The notes: a model not told the origin generated them from the letters alone. DNA of 64,000 nt from Herpetosiphon geysericola (GCF_001306135.1 NZ_LGKP01000040.1:24726-88725), one strand, 5' to 3'; positions 39,571-52,292 are shown, counted from the first letter of the stretch. Program-made: numbers and translations.

Positions 39571-40479
39571 ATGGCACAAACATCACTCGAACAAACCGGC
39601 CTTTCGCCACGGCGCGAGGCCTTACAGCTCTGGATTCCGTTGGGAATTGTGCTGTTTTTGACCGTTGTCACCGCCTTTTTTCTAACTGGGCAGTATCAAA
39701 TTGCCGCTGGCAAGGGGATTGTGCAAGGCTTAGGCGAGCCATTGCCAATTTCATCGTCGGCGCATTTGATTGTTGTGCCATGGTTTTTCGATTGGCATGA
39801 TCCTTTTTTCCAAACTCAAACCTTCGATGTAGCGCTGCATATGGGCACATTAATTGCGCTGTTGCTGTTTTTTTGGCGCGATTGGTTGAATTTAGTTTTA
39901 CACATGCATCAACCACGCAGCCAACAAGGCCAAATGTTTTGGTTTATCGTGTTGGCCTCGATTCCAGCAGGGATTGTGGGCTTGCTGCTCGATAGCTTGG
40001 CCGAAGAATATTTCATTGATAAATATTTGGTGATTGCCGCCACGATGAGCATTATGGGCGTTGTATTGTATATTGCCGATCGCTTTGCGCCGCGCCGTTA
40101 TGAACTGAGCGACCTCACGTGGAAGCATGCCTTGTTGGTTGGTTGCGCCCAAGCGTTGGCCTTGATTCCTGGGGTTTCGCGCTCAGGCAGCACCATGACG
40201 ATGGGTCGGGCATTGGGCTTTACCCGTGAAACCGCCGCTCGTTTCTCGTTTTTGATGGCGATTCCGATTACCTTTGGGGCGGGCGTGCTCAAACTGCGCG
40301 ATATTGATAGCTCACAATTGACTGCACCCTTTTGGCTCGGCATTAGCGTCTCATTCGTGGTCGGTGCATTGGCGGTTGGCTTCTTGCTGCGCTATGTTCG
40401 CACCAACTCGTTTTTGCCGTTTATCATCTATCGGCTGATCTTAGCAGCGGTGATTGTGGCCGTCTATGTAGTTCGCTAA
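39571..40479 (+). CDS. uppP: Undecaprenyl-diphosphatase
   Basis: PISSSAHL and PGVSRSGSTMT motifs of the BacA/UppP family. Multi-TM. Confidence 0.8.
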   Translation: MAQTSLEQTGLSPRREALQLWIPLGIVLFLTVVTAFFLTGQYQIAAGKGIVQGLGEPLPISSSAHLIVVPWFFDWHDPFFQTQTFDVALHMGTLIALLLFFWRDWLNLVLHMHQPRSQQGQMFWFIVLASIPAGIVGLLLDSLAEEYFIDKYLVIAATMSIMGVVLYIADRFAPRRYELSDLTWKHALLVGCAQALALIPGVSRSGSTMTMGRALGFTRETAARFSFLMAIPITFGAGVLKLRDIDSSQLTAPFWLGISVSFVVGALAVGFLLRYVRTNSFLPFIIYRLILAAVIVAVYVVR

Positions 40480-40480
40480 G

Positions 40481-41212
40481 TTGGCTGTTCTGGCCCAATT
40501 GATTGCAGGAGGACGCATGATTTGTAGCGCTTGCCAAGCCCAAGTTCGCGATAGTGCCGAGCATTGTCAGGCCTGTGGAGCGAAAATCGTTCAAGCAGCA
40601 CCAGCAACGCCAATCACTGGGCCGTTGCCCCAAGCCAAAGCAAGCAAACCACAGCGACGCTTGGTTAAATCGTGGTGGAGCTTTACCCTCGGCGTCTTGA
40701 GCACTGGCGTGATCTTGCCACTCGTCGCAATCATTGGGTTGTGGATTTTTGGCGGAACAAACCCAGCCCGCACGCCTTCAGCAGTGCCAGATCAGCGCCC
40801 AGACATTAGCGTTGACGTTGATCATAGCTATATCGAAGAGGCAATTGCCACCAACCCTGATTTTCACAATCCGCTCGTGGTATTGGGCAATCATCCGCAA
40901 GGCGGCGTGGCCATGACCGTGACGGTTGGCTATGGATTGCCCTTGGTTGGAGTGCAAACGATTCAGGCCCGCACCCAAATTGCCGCGATTGATGGCAACC
41001 TCGTGGTCACAACCGAGAGCGTTGGCTTGGGTAAAAATGGCGGGCTTGGCATTCCAGGTTCGTTTATCGAAAATATGCTTAGCTCAACCCTCAACCAAGA
41101 GATTGACAAACGGCTACGCTCAAACCCGCAACTAGAGATTGCGATTATCAACACCAGCACCAATAATCAAGTGTTGCGGGTTGCAGCGATTATCAATGCC
41201 AACCCAAAGTAA
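40481..41212 (+). CDS. Zinc-ribbon membrane protein, hypothetical
   Basis: CSAC...CQACG ribbon, one TM, and an extracytoplasmic domain of unknown family. Confidence 0.45.
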   Translation: MAVLAQLIAGGRMICSACQAQVRDSAEHCQACGAKIVQAAPATPITGPLPQAKASKPQRRLVKSWWSFTLGVLSTGVILPLVAIIGLWIFGGTNPARTPSAVPDQRPDISVDVDHSYIEEAIATNPDFHNPLVVLGNHPQGGVAMTVTVGYGLPLVGVQTIQARTQIAAIDGNLVVTTESVGLGKNGGLGIPGSFIENMLSSTLNQEIDKRLRSNPQLEIAIINTSTNNQVLRVAAIINANPK

Positions 41213-41213
41213 A

Positions 41214-41819
41214 CTATGGCTCGGTAATCGTCATAAAAAAACTAAACAGAGAGTAGGGTTCATTTGTAGAATCCATAATCCGTTGATCAGTAAACGATAA
41301 ACGGGTCTTCCCAACGTCAGTGGCTTCAAATACGAGGATTTCGAAGCCTTCGGCATCACTAAGGATGCTTGATGCTTCAAATTCTAACGAAGGGAGTTGT
41401 TGCAAAAGTCTTAATTTCGGCGATGTTACCCACTTAAAGCCAATTGAAGGGCTACTTGCCAAACGTATCTCGAGAATATCGCCTCGCTTGAGCTCCAATT
41501 TACTACCCTCATCCGCACGCGAAAGCCGAATTCTACGAGGTTCATAGGGAATCGCAGTTGATTCGATGGTGGCGGTTGATTTTATGAGATCAGTGCCACA
41601 TAGCAGGTAATTAGGATTCTCAACATAGGGGGTAGGCGACGACGGCTCAAGCGTTGGCGTTGTTACAATGCGCGAATGCTGGCGATAGTTAGCAGTTTTC
41701 AGCTCTCCTGCTGGCTGGTTAAGTTCACTGATTTGCTCCGATGTTTGGCTTAAACCGCAAGCCGAAAGGCCGATTAATATGAGTATCGATAGCCCAAACC
41801 GCCGACATAGATAGTTCAT
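41214..41819 (-). CDS. Lipoprotein with chagasin-family (I42) protease-inhibitor domain
   Basis: Lipobox LSAC. ELKRGDILEIRLASSPSIGFKW resembles the NPTTGY(S/F)W chagasin core. Confidence 0.55.
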   Translation of the reverse strand: MNYLCRRFGLSILILIGLSACGLSQTSEQISELNQPAGELKTANYRQHSRIVTTPTLEPSSPTPYVENPNYLLCGTDLIKSTATIESTAIPYEPRRIRLSRADEGSKLELKRGDILEIRLASSPSIGFKWVTSPKLRLLQQLPSLEFEASSILSDAEGFEILVFEATDVGKTRLSFTDQRIMDSTNEPYSLFSFFMTITEP

Positions 41820-41920
41820 AGATATCCTTTCTCTCTATTTAGGATAAAATTTGTATCTCTTGGTTATATTGTCTAAGCCAAAGGGCTAAGGTTTAAACTA
41901 ACCCTTTGGCTATTATCAAA

Positions 41921-42514
41921 CTACTCGCTAATTTCAAGTTCAATTAAGAACATTTCGCCAGCATCAAAACCACGTTGATACACCAGTGCAAAGCTGCCTG
42001 AACCAACCTCAACCGCCTCAAAAGAGAAAGTTTCCGTGCCGCCAGAGCCAGGCTTCGGATTCGGGTCGGAAGCGTGATATTGAGCTTGGCCTTGTTGTTG
42101 CAACAATTTGCCAGCATCAGGGCCAACGCTCCAGCTATAGCCAGTGCTTGGGTTGCTATCCAGCACAATTTGAATCCGATCGCCTTTTCTGAGCTTCAGC
42201 GTGCGATTATTATCCTGCATCGTCAGTTCGTAAACGCGGATATTAGCTTGATTTTGGCTGGTTGGGCCACACTCGCCGCGCTGAAAAGCCCATTCTTCAC
42301 ATTCGCTGCCATCAGGAAAGCCACAAAAACCAGTTTGATTGCCAGCAGCATCTTGGCGAATAGTCAGCGTGCCACCATGTTCAGTACAAAATACTGAAGC
42401 CGGATTAGCCATATCCACTACTGGAACCGGCGTTGCGCGATTTGCACCACAAGCGATGAGTACGCTTGCCATTAGCCCCATTCCCACGCTTAGCATTGAT
42501 CGACGAATCATCAT
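41921..42514 (-). CDS. Lipoprotein with DUF333-like domain plus chagasin-family (I42) inhibitor domain
   Basis: Lipobox LIAC. NPASVFCTEHGG (DUF333 / COG3042-like). LKLRKGDRIQIVLDSNPSTGYSWSV (chagasin motif). Confidence 0.65.
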   Translation of the reverse strand: MMIRRSMLSVGMGLMASVLIACGANRATPVPVVDMANPASVFCTEHGGTLTIRQDAAGNQTGFCGFPDGSECEEWAFQRGECGPTSQNQANIRVYELTMQDNNRTLKLRKGDRIQIVLDSNPSTGYSWSVGPDAGKLLQQQGQAQYHASDPNPKPGSGGTETFSFEAVEVGSGSFALVYQRGFDAGEMFLIELEISE

Positions 42515-42613
42515 GTGGCTCCATTGCTCTGGATTTCATATCAGGATTTGCAGTTGTAGTAGCAAACGTGCTTGAATGAGTAATTGTTCCCAATTGAGCT
42601 AACAAGTGCCAAC

Positions 42614-43021
42614 TTAGCGCGCAGCTTGATCGATAACCCAAGCCCATTGTTCAGGGCTGCATGCCACCACCGAAAGCCGCGATTGGCGTACCAACATCCA
42701 ATCGGCCAAGCTTGGCTCGGCTTTGATTTGGACCAGAGTCACTGGCTGTTTGAGCGCAACCACTGGCTCAATCTCGACCACCACATGCTTAGGGTTGTCG
42801 CTGCTTGGATCGGGATAGGCGGTGCGGCTCACTTGGGCAATCCCGACTGCGGCTCGCACATCGCCGCTATGATAAATCAAACATTGATCCTCAAGCTGCA
42901 TCGCACGTAAATTGATCAAGGCTTGGGCGTTGGTCACCCCATTCCAAACGGTTGAACCATCGCGCACCAAATCATCCCAACTAAACTCGTTTGGCTCAGT
43001 TTTGAGCAACCAATAGGCCAT
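42614..43021 (-). CDS. EVE (PUA-like) domain protein
   Basis: MAYWLLKTEP...F...VRD is the typical EVE-domain N-terminus. 135 aa. Confidence 0.75.
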   Translation of the reverse strand: MAYWLLKTEPNEFSWDDLVRDGSTVWNGVTNAQALINLRAMQLEDQCLIYHSGDVRAAVGIAQVSRTAYPDPSSDNPKHVVVEIEPVVALKQPVTLVQIKAEPSLADWMLVRQSRLSVVACSPEQWAWVIDQAAR

Positions 43022-43092
43022 GGCAGCGGCTCCTTAACTCAAAAGCACGGATGGTTTGAGCCATCCGTGCTTAAACATGCGCTTAATCAAGC

Positions 43093-43695
43093 TTACTTAT
43101 CGTTTTCAGCGACCTTGTTCCAATCCAGCACTTCCCACCAGGTTTTGATGTAGTCTGGGCGGCGGTTTTGGTAGCGCAAGTAGTACGCGTGTTCCCAAAC
43201 ATCCAAGCCCAACAATGGGGTTTGGCCTTCCATGACTGGTGAGTCTTGGTTGGCAGTACTGGTTACGGCCAATTTACCATCGGCATTACGCACCAACCAA
43301 GCCCAGCCTGAGCCGAAGCGAGTGGTTGCAGCCTTAGCAAATTGTTCTTTGAAGGCATCCAACGAGCCAAACGTAGCGGTGATTTCTTCGCCAAGTTTGC
43401 CAGCTGGTTCGCCGCCACCATTGGGGCTAAGGATATTCCAGAACAAGCTGTGGTTGGCGTGACCGCCACCATTGTTGCGCACAGCGGTACGAATATCTTC
43501 TGGCAGGCTGTTCAAATCGCTGATCAATTCGTGCAATGATTTGCTTTGCAATTCGGGATACTTTTCCAAGGCAGCGTTGAGGTTATTCACATAGGCAGCG
43601 TGGTGCTTGCCATGGTGAATTTCCATGGTTTGCGCATCGATTGCTTTTTCTAAGGCATCGGTTGCATACGGCAACGCTGGCAGTTCAAAAGCCAT
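43093..43695 (-). CDS. sodA: Fe/Mn superoxide dismutase
   Basis: ELPALPY...HHGKHH...DVWEHAYYL are SOD signatures. Start at the internal Met. Confidence 0.9.
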   Translation of the reverse strand: MAFELPALPYATDALEKAIDAQTMEIHHGKHHAAYVNNLNAALEKYPELQSKSLHELISDLNSLPEDIRTAVRNNGGGHANHSLFWNILSPNGGGEPAGKLGEEITATFGSLDAFKEQFAKAATTRFGSGWAWLVRNADGKLAVTSTANQDSPVMEGQTPLLGLDVWEHAYYLRYQNRRPDYIKTWWEVLDWNKVAENDK

Positions 43696-43789
43696 TGTAT
43701 GGACTCCTTTTGAGCTCAATGATGCGTCTAGCGGCGCATCAACACACGGTTCCCACATCTATTGTAGCAGAAGTTGGGCCACGCTTGAT

Positions 43790-44020
43790 GCCAATCTTGC
43801 GCACATTTGGGAGCATGGGGGTCGGTTGTTGGGGATCGGGGATCGGAACGGCGAAGGGTACGAAGGGATGAGGGGTCAGGTAACGCAACCACGAAGAGTC
43901 TTTTAACGCAGAGGCGCAGAGGAAATGAGGCTATTAGCTATCGGAAAATGCATGGGTTTGACTTAGAATCTGGAGCTTGAGCAAGTAACCGATCCCCAGC
44001 CCCTAGCCCCCGATCCCTCG
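43790..44020. repeat. MITE-like element of about 200 bp with G-rich terminal inverted repeats (GGGGATCGG family)
   Basis: Left end gggggtcggttgttggggatcggggatcgg. Right end is its inverted copy ccgatccccagcccctagcccccgatccc. Confidence 0.6.
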
Positions 44021-44119
44021 TTCGCAAGCACCCAATTGGCTAAAATGTGTTAAGCTTAATCCTAACGATGATTAATCACGGGCAATCACAATTGCCACCA
44101 CCATAGATTTAGGAACTTC

Positions 44120-46644
<2,525 letters not shown>

Positions 46645-46645
<1 letters not shown>

Positions 46646-46700
46646 CATTTGGGGATCGGTTGTTGGGGATCGGGGATCAGGAATGCGGTACTAGCACTAA
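46645..46700. repeat. GGGGATCGG-family repeat plus a perfect 12-bp-stem hairpin between convergent genes
   Basis: ggggatcggttgttggggatcggggatcagg followed by gcggtactagca-ctaa-tgctagtaccgc. Likely a bidirectional terminator. Confidence 0.55.
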
Positions 46701-46730
46701 TGCTAGTACCGCACTCTTGGTGCTTTCGAT

Positions 46731-47516
46731 TTAAATTTCAATCGTGCCTTCAAGATAGAAGACACACGAGCCAGCTAATTCAACGCGGTCGCCAACCAGC
46801 CGACAATTAATTTCGCCGCCCCGCTGCGAGGCTTGATAGGCGCGGAAACTGGTTTTATCCAAGCGCTCGGCCCAATAAGGCGTTAATGCACAGTGGGCAG
46901 CACCAGTCACCGGATCTTCAGGAATGCCCTTGGCAGGCGCAAAATAACGGCTGACAAAATCGTAGCCCTGATCGCCAGCCGCAGTTACCACCACCCCACT
47001 GCGATCAAATTGGGCGATTGCCGCTAGATTTGGTTTTAGCTCACGCACAAGCTGGGCATGCTCAAGTATCGCTGTATAATTAACAACATCGCTCAGCACC
47101 TCAACTGGCATCACCCCCAAGGCTTCGGCCAAACCTGGTGGCAACGCAACCCGCTGCCATGGCCGAATTGGAAAATTCAGCACATAGCCATCATCATTTT
47201 TGCTGACCATCAACGGCCCACTTTTAGAGGAAAATGTGACTTGGCTGCGGCTTGGCTCCAAGCGCTCGATCACCACCGCCGCACTTGCCAAGGTCGCATG
47301 GCCACACAGCGCCACCTCGGTGACTGGCGTAAACCAGCGAATCGCATATTGCTCGCCAGTCGGCACGATAAACGCCGTTTCGGCCAAATTATTTTCGCTG
47401 GCAATCGCGTGTAACACCGCATCAGCAGGAAATTCATCAAACAGCACAACCGCCGCTGGGTTGCCTGCAAACCGCCGCGTCGTAAACGCATCAACTTGAA
47501 AGATCGGCACGTGCAT
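46731..47516 (-). CDS. PhzF-family phenazine-biosynthesis-like isomerase
   Basis: IFQVDAFTTRRFAGNPAAVV is the PhzF/YddE N-terminal motif. Confidence 0.85.
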   Translation of the reverse strand: MHVPIFQVDAFTTRRFAGNPAAVVLFDEFPADAVLHAIASENNLAETAFIVPTGEQYAIRWFTPVTEVALCGHATLASAAVVIERLEPSRSQVTFSSKSGPLMVSKNDDGYVLNFPIRPWQRVALPPGLAEALGVMPVEVLSDVVNYTAILEHAQLVRELKPNLAAIAQFDRSGVVVTAAGDQGYDFVSRYFAPAKGIPEDPVTGAAHCALTPYWAERLDKTSFRAYQASQRGGEINCRLVGDRVELAGSCVFYLEGTIEI

Positions 47517-47544
47517 TATGAAATCCTTTGGGCAAAATGATGGC

Positions 47545-47760
47545 AGAAGCGAAGAAATGGGGATCGGTTGTTGGGAGCTGGGGATTGGTTATTGAGGGCT
47601 GGGAATCGGTCATTGAACAGATGATCAGAGACCATTGTGCAACTAAGCACTACCCCCGACCCCTAACTATGAGGGCTAGGGATCGGTCATTGAAACAGAA
47701 AATCGGCGACAGTTGTGCCAACCAAGCCCGATCCCCGGCCCCTAACCCCCGACCTCCAAC
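47545..47760. repeat. Larger GGGGATCGG-family element with terminal inverted G-rich ends and an internal ATCGGTCATTGAA direct repeat
   Basis: ggggatcggttgttgggagctggggattgg ... cccgatccccggcccctaacccccgacc. Confidence 0.55.
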
Positions 47761-48645
47761 TTACAAATAGCGCTCGAAAAACTCGGCCACTCGTTTGACA
47801 TAGGCTGGTCGATCGGCGAAATACGCGCCACAATGTGGCATATCTTCGACAATCCAAAGTTCTTTGGGGCCTTGCGCGGCAGCATGCAAATCGTAGGCAT
47901 CGATCACCGGAACGACTGTATCGCCAGTGCAATGAATCACCAGCAAAGGCCGTTGCCCATAGCGTATCAAGGCCTCGATTGGCCGCACAGCTTCGAAGCG
48001 ATAGCCATAGCGCTGGGCCGTAATCTGGTCGGCCAACGCGCGCAATGGGCGAGGTGGTAAACGTCGATTAGCCAAAGCAAAATCAACCAAATTAGCCATC
48101 TCAGCAAAGCCACTATCAGCAACGACCGCCTTGACCGCTGGTTGATCGGCGCTGCCCAACAAACTTACAGCCGCGCCCATCGAATAGCCAATTACCCCGA
48201 TTTGGGCCTCTGGCATACGATCTTGGACATAGTTGATCGCGCCATGCAAATCGCCAACTTCATGGTAGGCCAACGAGCAAATTGAATCGTCGCTCTCGCC
48301 ACGCCCACGAAAATCGAAAATTAACACATTCATGCCAGCACGCCACAAGCCCGAGCCAATGCCCAATAATTCGTCTTTGCGCCCGCGATGACCATGGCAG
48401 CCAATCACGACGCGCTTACTTTCAGGCCGCGTCAGCCACCAAGCTCGAATTTGCAGGCCATCGACCGAATTAAAGCGCACTTCTTCCCAATCAACGCCAG
48501 TTTCAAACGGCGTGAAGGCAAACAGGGTTTCACGTTTGAGCGCAGCAGTCGGGCCGCTCAAGCGATGAGCAGCATAGGCAGCAATTCCGGCGAGCGTACT
48601 AGCGGCGGCACTTAGGCCAGCCCCAACCAACAATTTACGTTTCAT
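47761..48645 (-). CDS. Secreted alpha/beta hydrolase
   Basis: Signal peptide; GYSMG nucleophile elbow. Confidence 0.75.
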   Translation of the reverse strand: MKRKLLVGAGLSAAASTLAGIAAYAAHRLSGPTAALKRETLFAFTPFETGVDWEEVRFNSVDGLQIRAWWLTRPESKRVVIGCHGHRGRKDELLGIGSGLWRAGMNVLIFDFRGRGESDDSICSLAYHEVGDLHGAINYVQDRMPEAQIGVIGYSMGAAVSLLGSADQPAVKAVVADSGFAEMANLVDFALANRRLPPRPLRALADQITAQRYGYRFEAVRPIEALIRYGQRPLLVIHCTGDTVVPVIDAYDLHAAAQGPKELWIVEDMPHCGAYFADRPAYVKRVAEFFERYL

Positions 48646-48647
48646 AA

Positions 48648-50180
48648 CTACTCGATACTAAAGACCATCTCAACATCGCCAATCCGAATTCGGTCGCCTG
48701 GCCGTAGATGGTGCGGTTGGTAGGCGGTCATCGGCACGCCGTTGATGCTGGTGCCATTGATACTGCCCAAATCAATTAATAAATGATGATCGCCCTGTTG
48801 CTCAATAACAGCATGACGACGGGAAGCTACGCCACGATCATGCTCAGCCAAATCGATCTCAGGGTGATGATTTTGGGCAGGATCACGCCGCCCAATGCGG
48901 CAAGGAAAATGAGTTAATGCTAATTCCCAAACCGCGCGCGGCGAGGTAATGACCAGTTTTGGCACAGCTCGCTTGATTGCAGCGCCACACCCAGCGCAAA
49001 ATCGTGCATTAGGCTTATTCATGCGCCCACATTGATCACAAATTGGGCCATTGGCCTGTGGTGGCGGCGACCAAGCTGGAGTCTGAACTGGTGGCGCCCA
49101 CGATGGCACTGATTGCTGTGGCACCGGCTGCGCCATTGGTTGCTGATAATTTGGCTGTTGCGGCGCACCCCACGCTGGTGCTGGATTGGGATTCGGATTG
49201 CCCCACGCTGGTGCTGGATTGGGATTCTGGTTGCCCCACGCTGGTGCTGGATTGGAATTCGGATTGCTCCACGAAGGATCAGGATTGTTAAACACTGGCG
49301 CTGGCGTTGGCATCATCGTCGGATCATCAAGCTTATCGGGCACGATAACCCCACGATCAACCGCCAACAAGGCTTGCTCAAATGAAGCCATAGTTTGAAA
49401 GCGCTTATCGCGATCCATCGCCATGGCCTTGATAATCACCTGTTCCATCTCCGGTGTAACCGATTGATTATGTCGAATCAATGAGCCATCTTTGGGGGTT
49501 TGCAAGGGCACAGGCGGCAAGTTGGTGAGCATATGCAGCAAGGTCGCCCCCAAAGCATAAATATCGGCACGGGCATCAGTTTGGCCCTTGCCATATTGCT
49601 CTGGTGGTGCATAGCCCGCCGAACCCATTGCCACCGTATCTTTGCTTTTATTGGTTTTGTAGGTACGCGCCACGCCAAAATCGATCAGCTTAATAATGCC
49701 CTCAGGCGTAAGCATCACATTTGGCGGCTTCATATCGCGAAAAATAATTGGCGGATTTTGGGTGTGCAAATAATTCAACACCCGCGCAATTTGAATTCCC
49801 CAATTGACCACATCGCGTTGAAAAAATGGCGCATTCGTTTCACGCTGCTTATCTTCGAGCGTTTTGCCTTGCACAAACTCCATCACCAGCGTCGGGCGCC
49901 CAGCCTGATCGAAAGAATCGATCACTTTGGGTAAGTTTGGATGATCGAGCGTTTGCAACAATTGCGATTCTTGGTCGAAAAGCTTGCGATTTTCGGCAAT
50001 TTCTTCAGGCGCAGCCTCAACTGGTGGGCGCATCTCTTTTAATGCCCAGGTCGAGCCATCGCTCATGCGTTCACAGCGATAGACCGCGCCCATGCCGCCG
50101 CGCCCAATGAGGCCGAGAATCCGATATTGATCACGTTGTCCTTGAAGTATCGTGCCATCAGGCAGCAAATCAGCAAACAC
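48648..50180 (-). CDS. Ser/Thr protein kinase with Pro/Gln-rich repeat linker, zinc ribbon and C-terminal FHA domain
   Basis: Kinase core (ALKEM, FRDMKPPN, DFG, APE). PAPAWGNPNPN x3 repeat. CDQCG...CAGCG ribbon. FHA (CRIGR...RRHAVI...LIDLGSINGT). Confidence 0.85.
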   Translation of the reverse strand: MFADLLPDGTILQGQRDQYRILGLIGRGGMGAVYRCERMSDGSTWALKEMRPPVEAAPEEIAENRKLFDQESQLLQTLDHPNLPKVIDSFDQAGRPTLVMEFVQGKTLEDKQRETNAPFFQRDVVNWGIQIARVLNYLHTQNPPIIFRDMKPPNVMLTPEGIIKLIDFGVARTYKTNKSKDTVAMGSAGYAPPEQYGKGQTDARADIYALGATLLHMLTNLPPVPLQTPKDGSLIRHNQSVTPEMEQVIIKAMAMDRDKRFQTMASFEQALLAVDRGVIVPDKLDDPTMMPTPAPVFNNPDPSWSNPNSNPAPAWGNQNPNPAPAWGNPNPNPAPAWGAPQQPNYQQPMAQPVPQQSVPSWAPPVQTPAWSPPPQANGPICDQCGRMNKPNARFCAGCGAAIKRAVPKLVITSPRAVWELALTHFPCRIGRRDPAQNHHPEIDLAEHDRGVASRRHAVIEQQGDHHLLIDLGSINGTSINGVPMTAYQPHHLRPGDRIRIGDVEMVFSIE

Positions 50181-50444
50181 AGTTTCTCCCGCCGCTACAT
50201 GATTGCGTAGCTTGTATTATCACCGATTGATACGTCAAAAGTCAAAGGGTGGTGGCAACCATTAATCAACAATTAAGCAAGCATTGCCCCAATCACATGC
50301 AAAAAATCACCAGAGATTGCATCTATACCTAGTACAGGCTGTGCTTGACAATCCTTGGTAGGATAGGAGATAGCTCCTAGCATTCCACCAAGCCACTCCA
50401 ACTATACCACTCTCTGTTGCCAGTTAGTTCTTTGGGGAGTTGTA

Positions 50445-52268
50445 ATGTCAAATTTATTCCTGATCGCGATCGGCCCAGTTCAAGATTTTATCGCCAGTGC
50501 TCGCCGTACCCGCGACCTCTGGTTTGGTTCGTGGCTACTCAGCGAATTAGCCAAAGCGGTAGCAAAAAGCATTTATGAAAAAGAGGGAAAAGAAGCGCTG
50601 ATCTTCCCCTATCCAACCGATCTACCTCAAGATTTAGAGCCAAACAGTACATTCAACGTCCCTAACAAAATTCTCGCCAAAATTAAAGACGATCCCACAG
50701 GCCAAGCAGTTTTAGCTCGTGAGGCCTTAATCGCTCGATTGAATGAGATTCGCGAGGCAGCCTTTGCCAAAGTTAATGGCAAAATTGAGCGAGAGCGAGC
50801 GATTGAACAAATCGATGCATTAGTTGAATTCAATTGGGTTGCATTACCCTTAGCAAGCGATGATACTTATCGTGCAACCCGCCAGCAACTTGAGAACATG
50901 ATGGCGGCGCGGAAAAATACCCGTAATTTTGGTGCGGTAACGTGGGGTACCAACGATCCAAAATCCTCAATCGATGGTGAACGCGAATCGGTGATTGCTG
51001 AAAAATACTATCCCCCTCCTCAGTTGTCTAATACCTCACCAGAATACGCCAAAATCGTTGTCGATCTCTATCGCAATTATGGAATCAACGTTGGCGAACG
51101 TTTATCAGGCGTTGATATGCTCAAGCGTCATGGTCAAAAAGGCAAAGATTCAAGATTTCCAAGCACCTCACATATGGCAGCTGTACCAGTTTTTAATTAT
51201 TTGCTTGGAATGAATACCAAAGAGCAAAGTAAAAATAAGGTAGCCGAATCCTGGGATACATACATTGCTAATTTAAATACTATTCTTGCTATGCGAGAAT
51301 ATATTCGCAATGAAGTTACCCCCAAATCACAGGATATTTTTGAAGATTATGATGGTTCGCTTCTCTTTGCCGAACGTTTCAACGATGCCTTAGTAGGGGA
51401 AGATATTCAAAAGGCGCAACAATTTCTACATACATTTCTACAACCATTTCTTGGTACAAAGGTTCCCATTCCCTACTACGCCATTCTCCATGCTGATGGC
51501 GATGCGATGGGGAGTGTGATTAATAAACAAGAAGAGTTAATTGATCACCAAGATATTTCCAAACAATTAACAGTCTTTGCAGGGGAAGTAAAATCAATCG
51601 TTGAAGCAAATCAAGGAGCCTTAGTCTATTCCGGTGGCGATGATGTTTTAGCATTTTTACCGTTGCATACTGTATTGGAATGTGCCGATGCGTTGGCTAA
51701 AAGGTTTCAAACGCTGTTAAGTAACTTTAAAGATAAAACAGATCGTTCGCCAACGCTCTCGGTCGGCATTGCAATTGTGCACCACTTGGAGCCATTATCC
51801 GATGCCTTAGAGTTGGCACGCGCTGCCGAGAAAAAAGCCAAAGGCGTAGCAGGCAAAAATGCACTGGCCATCAATCTCAGCAAACGTGGCGGCACAGATC
51901 GAATTATCGTTGGCTCATGGATTGAAAGCACATATTCATTTTACAATCGACTTAAAAAATTAATTGAATGGCATCAAAACGATAAAATTCCCCTTAGCTT
52001 TGCTTTTGAACTGCATGATTTATCCATTCGCCTAAAAGACTTGCCTGCCAATATTTTTCACGCCGAGGCCAAACGAATTATCGAGCGCAAACATACCAGC
52101 AACGGGATAAAAGTTGACGGTGATATTGCGCAAAAACTCCTCTCCATGATTCATGATTTGGTTCCAGAAACGCTGACCGAAGCACACACACTGATCCAGC
52201 AATTTGCCGATGAAGTGATTATTGCGGGGTTTATTGCTCAAGCCCAAAACCTTAGTAACGGCAAATAA
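50445..52268 (+). CDS. cas10: Type III CRISPR-Cas Cas10/Cmr2, minimal HD-less form
   Basis: N-terminal IGPVQDFIASARRTRDLWFGSWLLS (Cmr2 signature) and palm GGDD motif (VYSGGDDVLAFLP). No HD motif. Good GGGGAG RBS. Confidence 0.85.
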   Translation: MSNLFLIAIGPVQDFIASARRTRDLWFGSWLLSELAKAVAKSIYEKEGKEALIFPYPTDLPQDLEPNSTFNVPNKILAKIKDDPTGQAVLAREALIARLNEIREAAFAKVNGKIERERAIEQIDALVEFNWVALPLASDDTYRATRQQLENMMAARKNTRNFGAVTWGTNDPKSSIDGERESVIAEKYYPPPQLSNTSPEYAKIVVDLYRNYGINVGERLSGVDMLKRHGQKGKDSRFPSTSHMAAVPVFNYLLGMNTKEQSKNKVAESWDTYIANLNTILAMREYIRNEVTPKSQDIFEDYDGSLLFAERFNDALVGEDIQKAQQFLHTFLQPFLGTKVPIPYYAILHADGDAMGSVINKQEELIDHQDISKQLTVFAGEVKSIVEANQGALVYSGGDDVLAFLPLHTVLECADALAKRFQTLLSNFKDKTDRSPTLSVGIAIVHHLEPLSDALELARAAEKKAKGVAGKNALAINLSKRGGTDRIIVGSWIESTYSFYNRLKKLIEWHQNDKIPLSFAFELHDLSIRLKDLPANIFHAEAKRIIERKHTSNGIKVDGDIAQKLLSMIHDLVPETLTEAHTLIQQFADEVIIAGFIAQAQNLSNGK

Positions 52269-52292
52269 CACAACATTTTGAGGAGGATTACG

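Noticed and set aside
43790-44020. Riboswitch or sRNA between sodA and the U32 peptidase
   Set aside because: The structured sequence is explained by the terminal inverted repeats of the GGGGATCGG miniature element. No conserved riboswitch core was recognised.
49140-49270. Three 30-bp tandem repeats considered as a short repeat array
   Set aside because: They are in-frame within the Ser/Thr kinase ORF and encode PAPAWGNPNPN linker units.
52278-52292. ORF-track start of cmr3 at 52278
   Set aside because: That codon is TTG and lies inside the GAGGAGG Shine-Dalgarno. The ATG at 52293 with 5-nt spacing is the credible start.
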